Assembly (NCBI GenBank): GCA_951406725.2
Contig: OX597817.1
Location: 115,382,001-115,446,000, forward strand
From: Octopus vulgaris
Lineage: Eukaryota
DNA: 64,000 bases
Reading direction: 5' to 3'
A program made the translations under genes and the position numbers. Of this stretch, positions 54,347-64,000 are shown piece after piece. How positions within the stretch are numbered: the stretch's first letter is position 1; every line of letters begins with the position of its first letter. The notes beneath the pieces were generated by a model. It was not told where the DNA came from. It did not search any database and saw only the letters and a program-made list of their open reading frames with translations.

Positions 54347-57300
54347 CTATATATGTATATATATATATATAAAGCAGAGTTTGTGTGTGTATGTGTGTGT
54401 GGTGTATGTGGGTGTCTGTGTTCCTTATGCGCTCGGAAACTTTGTTGCCGATTTTGACGTACGGGGTATCAAACATTCAGTAATCATTTAGTTACCATTA
54501 CAAAAATTTAACATTATAATCTTTCTATAAGTCACCTATCGTAAATAACATTTTATGCCGCGACGACGACGATGACCTCACATTTTCTACATGAGCGTGT
54601 ATGTGTCTGTCAATGTGTGTGTGTTTGCGCGTTCTTTACGTACGTTAGACCGATGACAGAGAAGTATATGTGTGTGAGTACATGTGAGGATGTATGTGTC
54701 TGTTAGTATTTTTGTGATGACTGACACACACACACACACACATCTAAAGACTGCGACAGACACACAGAGGGACAGAGACAGGTCTGAGGTGAGCGTGAAT
54801 GTATGTCTGTGTGTATCTGTCTTAGTATATGTCTGTGACTGTACTGCCCAATAGTGAAACGTGCTGATTTTCAAAGAGGTTAGTTCAGTTGCGGCCTGGA
54901 CGTTGAACGAATAACCGCGTTCACATTGAAGTACCACTGTGTGGATTTTCCTTTTCATCATGGAGAGTTGCTGTTTAAACAGCATTAACGAGTATCACTA
55001 CTTATGTGCTAAAATATTATTCTGGGTTTTATAACTAGCATGACGATTTGGCTGATTTGACTCCACTCACAACACTCACAATACATCTGAAAAAATGTTA
55101 TTCTGGTTATAACAAATTCGGAATCTTGACGAAGTAGAAAGCTTTAGCAGCTCTTTCAATATAATTACACAAATATTATTCCAGTCCTTATAACCAGTTT
55201 AAAGATAATGCATTTTTAACAGTCCTATCGTCCTTATCGTATCCCTGCTATGTTCTTTTAACAGTATTAGTATTCAACGTTACGCAACCTTTCTACTGCA
55301 TTAGTCAACATTTATTCTATAGCCTATTATCTTGCACAGTTAAAATATATAGTAAGTGATGTCAGATTAATTTATGTCTTGCTACATACATCCTTTAGCA
55401 AATGCTTTAAATTAATTAATGATCATAACAGCAGCATATTCCTTTGTATGCACTTAGTTCAGCGTTCGTTTAAAAATTGTAAAATAATAAACTATTTTTG
55501 ATTTTTGCGTGAAAAATTGAATTACGTCTTCTGAATTTTCTTGAAGCTTGATTTTCCTCACTGTGACAATCAATCCTGGATTTTATAACATTTAGCACAT
55601 GTTCCAAATACATGTTGACTTTTTGTACTTTGTTTCATTGGTGACGCATAGTAATTTTTAAATTTAAATTGGTGACTTTCTGACGCTGGAATATTTCTTT
55701 TGGAAATATTCTCTAAAAACATGATTTTAGTATAACTATGCTTCATAAAGTATGTCTTGCACCTATATTGACTACATTCAGTTTCGCTTGAACTTCGTGT
55801 GTGTACGTTTTGCTGTTTTCAATGTTATCAATTCTATGTGTGTCTATGTATCTGGGAGTGTGTGTTTCCGCGTTCGTTACGTGTATAGTAAACTATAGTA
55901 AATGACATACACTTTACGCCGTTTTAAGGAGCCTGTATCTAATGAGGTAGCCATCCTTATGGTAGGTGATTCCCATGACAGTTGTGATATCTTTATTCGG
56001 GCTCGAGATAACAACCTTAAACGTGTTGCAGAGACTCATCCCTCTTATGATGCTCTCCAGTATCCTCTTATTTTCAGGAATGAACGAGATGGGTATCACT
56101 TGGATATTCTACAAGAGTGAGCCTGCAACAGGAAAGCCAACATGCAACACATGTATCGTGATCTATTTCAGCAATACCTGGTTGATATTTATGCTAAAGT
56201 TGATAGTCAGCGTCTCCATTACATTTGTAACAATTAGAAAACGTTAAGAGCTAAAATTATGTTCATCTCCATGATGCTCTGAAGACAGATGGTGATATTC
56301 AAAACATGGGGCAACTTAGAATCCTCCAATCATCGTTCACATGTGGGTTCTCGACATATGCACGAATGAACACAAGATGCTATGACGTATATCATGGCAT
56401 ATGGAAAACCAAATCTTTTTTTCTCTTTCACATGCAATCCTAAATGGGAGGAAATAAAATCTAACATTCTTCCAGCGTTGCTTCTTCTGGTATTACAGCA
56501 ACCCTCCTGAATGAAGGAAGAACTGCGTATTCCACGTTCAAGCTCCTTCTAAACCTTGCAATGAAAGAATCTCAAACTTGCAACATTTCCAAAAGATCTG
56601 CAATAGTAACAGTTCTTGCCGTATTGTTAGGGATGAGTGCACTGTCAAATCGTGGAGATCCAGAGGTACTTGACCGTACCCTCCAAAACAAAAATCAATA
56701 GCACGCTCTTGGGAAGAGTAACAGTACTTCTTGCATGAAATTTCCGTCAAACATTGTCAGTTATCCTCAAAGGATCAAAAGGTGATGAGGTCAATGCGTG
56801 TTTCGGGAAATCGTACATTCGGAGACGTGAAAACACTTTATCTTGCAAGCAGCATCAGAGTACTCTGCAAGGTGATCATACTAGCTTCTTCAGATAAGTA
56901 ATGAGATATTAACAGCCAACTCAAATCTTCAGTTACACGAAATCACATGCGGTCAAATGATACTTTCTCTTAGATATCTTATAGATAAAATATTTCCTAA
57001 TTTATCTGTCAATTACAATGATGTAAACTGGCTATGTGAATGGGCTATACTAGATCCAACTAATGAAATGGTCGATAAACTCAATCATGAATTTCTTCAA
57101 AAGTTAACAAATACATTAGAAATGACTTTTTTATCAATTGACAACAGTCAATCAAGATCAGGTTGTTCAATACCCTGTTGAATTTTTGAGCACACTTAAA
57201 GCCATGGGATGCCACTGCATAAGTTGATACTAATACTGGGTGCGCCCATTATGTTACTTTGGAAATTGGACCCACCCCACCTCTGTAATGGAACTCACTT

Positions 57301-57712
57301 AATCGTAACTTCCATGAAGCTCCATGTCCTACAGGCAACGATCATCACAGGTAGCCACAAAGGAGAAAAAGTCTTATTTCAATTAACAAATTTCAGGGTC
57401 AATCCCCCAATGTAGTTGCACTTGATCTCTCTACTACATGCTTCTCCTACGGCCAACTCTATGTTTCTTGCTCGCGAGTTCGACTGGAGAGTAAAAATGT
57501 ATATATTTAATTTACATTTAATTTCGTAAATTATTTACATTTATATAAGACCTACCTCCTGGTATTGTTTTCCGGTTAGAAGTTAGTATTTTCTGTACGC
57601 TACCATTTATTTCACGTTTTTTTCCGCGTATTCGCACGTCCCACGCCATAATAAAAGTTATCAATTTAGCACGAACAGCGGTCTGCGCGTGAAGAACGTG
57701 TTTGCATATTAG
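54347..57712 (+). mobile_element. Helitron, deleted and decayed autonomous-type copy
   Basis: 5' CTATATAT..ATAAAGCAGAGTTTGTGTG has the same architecture as the Helitron 5' end at 12806. 3' hairpin GCGCGT-gaaga-ACGTGT then TTAG followed by T. RepHel remnants lie inside. Boundaries are approximate. Confidence 0.7.
55900..57490 (+). pseudogene. Helitron RepHel (HUH Rep + Pif1-like helicase) remnants
   Basis: NEVAILMVG..HPSYDALQYPLIF..DGYH; LFQQYLVDIYAKVDSQRL; FTCNPKWEEI; ASSGITATLLNEGRTAYSTFK; FRQTLSVI; WAILDPTNEMVDKLN; GAPIMLLWKLDPPHLCNGT; QGQS..CFSYGQLYVSCSRV. Confidence 0.92.
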
Positions 57713-57819
57713 TAGCACCCGAAGATAAGTATTGTGATCCTTAAACAGAAATATTTGACTTTCATCAGATGTAGTGCTCTCTTTGTTGATTTATACCACG
57801 ATCCATACATTAAATATAC

Positions 57820-57891
<72 letters not shown>

Positions 57892-57946
57892 GCATACATA
57901 TACATACATATACATACATATACATTTACATACATACATATATATA

Positions 57947-57985
<39 letters not shown>

Positions 57986-58172
57986 GAGCTGTGTTCTGTT
58001 AAGGACGTATAAGAGTACAAATAGAGCTCGTTCACCTTTAGAATTCCCAAATAGCCGGTAGTATTCTTATGGTATGCTACCAATTCTAGTCTTAGGTATT
58101 CCACGTGTGTGAAAATTAAAAGTAAAAAGTAAGAGTCAAAAGGAAGAGTTTGTACGGTTAGATAGCTTTTTA

Positions 58173-58291
58173 ATCGCTACAAATTTTTCGATACGTACAG
58201 ATCCTCGTATATACAGGATTTAAAGTTAAGTTTAAATTAAATCATTTAACGATTTACCTGTATAAGATCTATATGTATCTCCTCTGACGAT
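58173..58291 (-). ncRNA. Decayed type I hammerhead with a long stem II
   Basis: Minus strand: ATCGT CAGAGGA GATAC..AGATC..TATACAGG [loop] CCTGTATA..GATCT..GTATC GAAAA ATTT GTA GCGAT. Two point changes from a canonical core. Confidence 0.6.
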
Positions 58292-58485
58292 ACTCAGTTG
58301 CTGTCACCATAAACAAATTTAGATTTCCATGCTACAACATCCATGTTCTAAGAATATATATATATATTGTTAGAATATATATATATATATATATATATTG
58401 TTAGAACATGGTATCAATACCACAAAATGAGCATTAAGAAGTTTAATATGTTACTGTTATTTGGGCAAACAAATAAAATTTGAGG

Positions 58486-58600
58486 AGAAGAAGAAGAAGA
58501 AGAAGAAGAAGAAGAAGAAGAAGAAGAAGAAGAAGAAGAAGAAGAAGAAGAAGAAGAAGAAGAAGAACAACAACAACAACAACAACAACAACACAACAAC
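58486..58600. repeat. (GAA)n(CAA)n microsatellite
   Basis: Direct reading. Confidence 0.95.
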
Positions 58601-59766
58601 TTTGAAACTGCCTGGTTAGCAGGTCAAGTGAATATATATACTTTATTGTCTCGAATTAAGATAACTGTGTTATAATTGATGTATATTATTTGATAAACTC
58701 TTTCAAAATACATTTCAACTAAAATTAGTCCAGAACGAATGCTTTGAAATAATTATGAATATTGATAGGAGTACAGTATAAAATTTTAGACATTGATTCA
58801 AACCTAATACAACGTTGGTAATTAGCCCACATAATCCGCAGGAGCTGAGACCTATGATGCAAAGCATTTTTTTATCCGGACATTCATTGTTCCACTTCTT
58901 TTGAGCATTACATATTTAACAATACACTATGCATTGCTCGCTCATTTAAAGACGGCTGCTGTCGTTAGAACAAGATATGTCAGCCATGTCTAAGAAATTG
59001 AGCGATAACGCAAATGCTCTGCCGTTGGTTCTTAATAATAATGTCTTTTATATTCTTCATAATATAATGATTAAAGTAAAATGCCTGTAGATATACCTGA
59101 CATAACAATAGTAAATTTAGTACAATACACTTCAGACAATGTGGAGTTTACCTATTGAAGGTACGAAGACGCAATGCTAAGGTGTATACTAATAGTTAAT
59201 TAAGTTAATTGCAATTTTGAAAAGGTGTTTCATAAGAACTTGTTATTCACAGAGTATTTTATTTAATCTATTCAATGGGGAGCGTTATTTTCCCATTAAT
59301 TATTATTTCATACAAATGAATAGCAATTGATCTTGATTAATTACTAAACCCGAGGCAAATTTAATTAATCAAACTTTGTGCATGTCATTTACAAATTGCT
59401 GGTATGATTTAGTTCACTGATCATGACTAATATATTAGCTATATCTCTCACAATGAATACTGATCATTGTATTAGCATATCAATATAGCTTATTTGGTTA
59501 TGAGAATAGTCTATAAAAAATGACCACTTCACTATCGGTTAATTTTAGCATCTTTATATTTCAAATGTTACCTGATTAAATCAATAATTTCAACTTCCAG
59601 AAGAAAGTTGTCACGCTGATCTATTCTAAGATTACTAAACGAATTTTCAAAGAGTGTCGATTATTTTATTTGTTAGAAAATGAAGGTTGACATTCAATAG
59701 TTAAAAACAACAATAAAACTTTGTTTAAATAAAACATATTTCATTATTAATATGGCGAGAAAATGT

Positions 59767-59927
59767 AAGGCGGTAGGTAGGCAGAATCTTTGGAATGTCG
59801 GGCAAAATGCTTTGCGGTAGAATTGAAATTCCGCTGTGGTCGACTTTGACCTTGCATTCATTCTGGGTCGTTTTAATCGATTTACCTCTAACTTGAACGT
59901 GCTGACCTAGTACCAAAATTTGAAACT
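59767..59927 (+). mobile_element. SINE family A copy with internal deletions
   Basis: AAGGCGGTAGGTAGGCAGAATC...AAATTCCGCTGTGGTCGACTTTG...CCAAAATTTGAAAC. Confidence 0.7.
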
Positions 59928-60047
59928 AATATAGTATGATCTCGCTATGTAGCAGTGGGAAGTATATCACTATTTACGCATTTACCTATTCATATCCCTA
60001 CTTATATTTCTACTCAAACGCATACTGATATAAATATACATGCGCAT

Positions 60048-60079
<32 letters not shown>

Positions 60080-60082
<3 letters not shown>

Positions 60083-61519
60083 AGATAAGAAAATGGAGAA
60101 ATACATCTAAATCAAATATCAATTACACGATAATACTCAATCACATACTTTGTTAAACCACCACATAAGAGACTGTAGGGTTACATATAAAAAGCAGAAC
60201 AAATCAGTGTACATAAAGGAATGTACATAAAAAAGTGTACATAAAAGAGTAATAATGTATAATAAGTAGAATATATATAAACGAGAATATAAATATAAGT
60301 AAATATAAATATAAGTATAGATTACATCTTACAGCTGTTTCGGCCATGTAGATAAGTATTCTCACTTTACCAATATTAGCCTTTTATGGTAGGTCAATAT
60401 ATAGAGACATTTACAAAAATATCATAAGGCCTCTTCGGAGATTATGATATTTAAATCAGTCTACATATATATCCACATGGGTGTGGGTACATACCCATAA
60501 TACAACATATACATATACATATGAGTGCATATACTCACACTCCTATACATATAAAAATATACATATACATAATGATATAAATAAATAATATAAATTAATA
60601 AACATATATATGTTCCACATTCAACGTCTCAGTTTTTCGACTTAATATTGTGATAATAAACATACACATATTAGTACCTAGATGCAAATATACATAGGCA
60701 ATAGTACATTATATTACTTCATACTAATTTCTAAAGTGTCATTGAAGTTAGCATCATTATCGTTGTCAATACAATAAATATTACTATTATTATCATTCAT
60801 AATATTATTAATAACGCTTACATTAGGATCCAGATTGGCAAATAAGTATGTCCTGGTTCCAGTTAGTAATTTTCCTTATGACATAAATACACTATTGGAT
60901 TTGAATTTAAAATTATCATTATCTTCCCCATGGTTGGTCCATTGTGAACCGCCCGACCTCTACCACACCGCACAAGCAAAACATACACATCCAAATCTAA
61001 CCCTAAACCCACACATGCACACAGAAACTCACACACACACATGCACACACACATGAATACACCCCTACACATCGCCACACTTTCACTGAAATGCAGAGTG
61101 CATGTCTGTCATCGCATGGCTTATAGACAAATCAGTACAGGCAGCAGTGTCTAACACTAACACACATACTCACACGCACATCCGCATATACATATATACA
61201 TATCCAAATATGCACCTGCGTGCTCTTGTGTGTAATAAAAACATACATCCGTACATCCACCCACGATCATACCTATATGTACAAAAACATACATACGTCC
61301 ATATACACATTTTCACACACCCCGACACCTCAACTCACATCTTCTAAATCTTAAATTAAAATATATGTCTGCCCATCCAAAGACGTATATATACATACAC
61401 AAAAAGTAAACAGAAGTTACTATTAATTAGATATAAGTTCATTAATTATAAATTAAATTAATTATAGATTAGTAAGTGCCAGATAAACAAATTTAAATAA
61501 TTAAATAAATAAATATAAA

Positions 61520-61565
<46 letters not shown>

Positions 61566-61716
61566 GCTAAAGTATTACTGGTAGAAGAATTAGATGTTAT
61601 TTAAATCTAGAGAAAGTGTACGCCAATATGTGGTGGCTTAATAACGTATGTGATTGAGTATTATCGTGTAATTGCTTTTTGATTTAGATGTATTTCTCTA
61701 TTTTCTTATCTTGTAT
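60080..61716. mobile_element. ~1.6-kb non-coding segment with ~90-bp inverted ends and an internal hammerhead
   Basis: TACAAGATAAGAAAATGGAGAAATACATCTAAATCAAA...CCACCACATA (60080-60168) is the reverse complement of 61627-61716. A TA tract lies on the left; HHR at 60326-60442. Confidence 0.7.
60326..60442 (-). ncRNA. Type I hammerhead with a large loop 2 and a U4C change
   Basis: Minus strand: ATCT CCGAAGA GGCC [~85 nt] GGCC GAAAC AGCT GTA AGAT. Palindromic stem III ACAGCTGT. Confidence 0.7.
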
Positions 61717-61911
61717 TAGTAATTTGTGGTAAATCACTTTACCTTTGCCCATATAATACAGTAAATGAATCGATTGCATCGCAATCATTAACATTTATGT
61801 ATTAACTTTGTTGGGTACTTCAGTAGCAGTATATTGGATATATGTTATCCCGTGGAGGGTTGCATTTACAACCCCTATCTCAATTTATATATATATATAT
61901 ATATATATATA

Positions 61912-62050
61912 CACTGAGGCCTCGATATATGAATTAATACGCTTCCGGAGAACGCTCGTAAAGCGAAAACAAGTAAACAGAAAATAAAATTCCTAACAGC
62001 TCGTAACCCGGCATTTCGTAAAGCGGCTCTTCGTAAAGTGAGTAATCCAG
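61912..62050. mobile_element. Possible pogo/Tigger-type MITE
   Basis: TA-CACTGAGGCCTCGATATATGAA ... TTCGTAAAGTGAGTAATCCAG-TA; only weak terminal inverted similarity. Confidence 0.4.
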
Positions 62051-62120
62051 TAATCTATATAAGCCTGACAGTGGCCCGCGAAACTTTGAGTCACATGGAG
62101 CTGAATGGAGCTGTTTTGAG

Positions 62121-62181
<61 letters not shown>

Positions 62182-62444
62182 TTACTTGGAAATGGATAGG
62201 TCTCTTTCAATTACATAGTAAATAAAATATAATATAACATGTATATATAATATTGAATAAAAGTTTCAAAAAAGTTCTATTTTTAATTAGTATCAATAGT
62301 GAAGATTATTATCAATAACCACATTATAATTAATTCATAACTATAAGCCCATAATGTGGTTATTGACATTTAAAAGTATATTCTCGGCATATTTGGCATA
62401 GAAAATTTTTTTCTTTCGCCCTTATTTATGAGTTGTTTATATAT

Positions 62445-62615
62445 ATATCTGTAATATAACATGTGACAATTATTTGGTTTCCATAATAAAACTCCGACTT
62501 TCGGATGTCGGGCGGAAACCTGGACCGGAATCTCTTCAGGTTTCCACCCCGACATCCGAAACTCGGAAGTATTATTATGGCAACCGAATAATTGTCACAG
62601 ATTGTATTACATATA
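62445..62615. repeat. ~80-bp-arm hairpin; each arm contains the 3' half of a hammerhead
   Basis: TGTGACAATTATTTGGTTTCCATAATAA..TTTCGGATGTCGGGCGGAAACCTG pairs with CAGGTTTCCACCCCGACATCCGAAA..TTATTATGGCAACCGAATAATTGTCACA. The right arm reads GAAAC-TCGGAA-GTA. Confidence 0.88.
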
Positions 62616-62821
62616 AATTCCTATGTTTACATAATATCGAGGTTTCTTTCATTATTTTGTAATCTTACCGTTACTATTAATAATACATTGTATATATATA
62701 TATATTCTTTACAGATTTAGAGTAAAAATTATTAATTTAATAAACTAACCAATTTTACCAAGTAGTTTTCGGCATGGAAAAGAATCATATTCGGTAAAAA
62801 CTTATATAAAAAGTTTTTTTT

Positions 62822-63155
62822 CATATATAATTATAGCAATAATTAAGGGTTTAGCAACAAGTTGCTTGACCATATACCGAAAATTTTAGAAATAGCAGCC
62901 AAAAGACTGCTATTTATTTTTTTTACAAAATATGTCTTCACAGATAACAATATTTGTAACGCACATAGGCAAAAAGAAGACTGCTTGATTTCATTATTTT
63001 TCTTCTTTTTGCCCATGTGAGTTACAAATATTGTTATCTGGGAAGACATATTTTGTAGAAAAAAGAAATAACTGTCTTTTGGCTGCTATTTCTAAAATCT
63101 TCGGTATGTGGTCAATCAACTTGTTGCTAAACCCTTAATTATTGTTATAAATATA
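62822..63155. repeat. Near-perfect fold-back with ~155-bp arms and a ~20-bp spacer
   Basis: AATAATTAAGGGTTTAGCAACAAGTTG...GGCAAAAAGAAGA versus TCTTCTTTTTGCC...CAACTTGTTGCTAAACCCTTAATTATT; TA-rich ends. Confidence 0.93.
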
Positions 63156-63164
63156 TATAGATAT

Positions 63165-63720
63165 TTTTTTTTCTCTAGTTTCAGCTCAGAGCTGTGGCCA
63201 TGCTGAAGCACCGACGTTTTGCTACATATTTATTACTAAGACCCTCCTATAATATGTGACACTTGATGAAGAATGGAGTTTGATACAGCTACCCTCTTTT
63301 GCACCTCTTGCCGTGAGATAGGTTCATCTGGGACTCTCGACAGGAAGAGGTTCAGCTTTGATTTAAAAACCCCTACATCTACTTTGTGCAAGTTCCTCAG
63401 ACTCTTTGAGAGAATATTAAAAAGCTGTGGGTCCTTGAAACCCAGGCTGTTGCAGTAACTGGTTCTGATGTGTGATGGCATTTCTGGGACCTTTGGCACT
63501 ATGCAGTGTCGTCTCGTTCTGGTATTGGTGTAGCTTTCAATGCCAAAATTTGGCACAAATACTTCCAGGTTCATCCAGATATATATTACTGCATACCTCT
63601 CCCGTCTTCTCTCCAGGGAGTTGAGTCTTAACTGTTTCAACCTTTCCAGTGGCTGAGTTGTTGCAGAGAGACGATCTTCTTTGTGAATCTTCTCTGGATT
63701 GCTTCAACGTCCGCTGTTAA
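63165..63720 (-). mobile_element. CR1/L2-group LINE 3' fragment (ORF2 C-terminus and 3' tail)
   Basis: LKQLRLNSLERRRERYAVIYIW...SLGFKDPQLFNILSKSLR...FKSKLNLFLSRVPDEP, typical of CR1-group post-RT sequence. Stem-loop tail followed by an A-run. Confidence 0.82.
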
Positions 63721-64000
63721 TTCCACACTGGTGGCTGACCATAGCTGTGAGCAGTAATCCAGGCGGCTGAGGACGCAATGGTTTCCTTATCTCTGGTTCT
63801 GAATGTTCTTCGGATCCATCCGGCCAGTCGTCTGTATTATATATATATATATACATGCATATATGCGTACAAGACGTCACCAACGGTGAAAATAACATGA
63901 GATACGTTGAAAATCTAGGGAAAAGAGTGAAATACGTAAAAAACAAGAATAAAATGGAAAACAGGACAAGTAGACACAGAGAAATGACCCGAAATGAGGA

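Noticed and set aside
57715-57770. Minus-strand CTGATGA next to the Helitron 3' end
   Set aside because: No closing stem II or GAAA found; it may be truncated but cannot be supported.
1116-61347. Dozens of ORFs rich in YI/IY/VC/HT dipeptides (e.g. 18989-19577, 14325-14727, 31684-32024, 57709-58104)
   Set aside because: They are translations of (TA)n/(TG)n/(CA)n microsatellites, which lack stop codons.
62060-62100. CTGACAG-tggcccgc-GAAACT-ttg-AGTC HHR-like string
   Set aside because: Stem III and GUC are plausible, but the core, stem II and stem I do not fit.
62295-62385. GTGAAGA + 16-bp hairpin + TAAAAGTA
   Set aside because: The hairpin is real, but too many core mismatches to call a ribozyme.

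Overview
This is AT-rich eukaryotic DNA dense with (TA)n/(TG)n microsatellites. The SINE families and repeat landscape resemble an octopod cephalopod genome (inference from memory, not from a search). I found no supportable host protein-coding gene; most ORF-track entries are microsatellite artefacts. The window is mostly transposon remains: a near full-length RTE LINE, three Penelope-like element (PLE) fragments (two Neptune-like, one Penelope/Poseidon-like), three mariners, a Merlin/IS1595-like transposase relic missed by the ORF track, two Helitrons, a CR1-like LINE 3' end that shares its tail with a SINE, a 206-bp LTR relic and many tRNA-SINEs. The most striking signal is about a dozen minimal type-I hammerhead ribozyme (HHR) motifs, ranging from intact to decayed. 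Most lie in non-coding elements embedded in TA microsatellites. Several of these elements are head-to-head inverted duplications with their 3' tails pointing out into the (TA)n tracts. This suggests a non-autonomous, ribozyme-bearing (retrozyme-like) family mobilised by the PLEs. All RNA folds were assigned by eye and none is tested.
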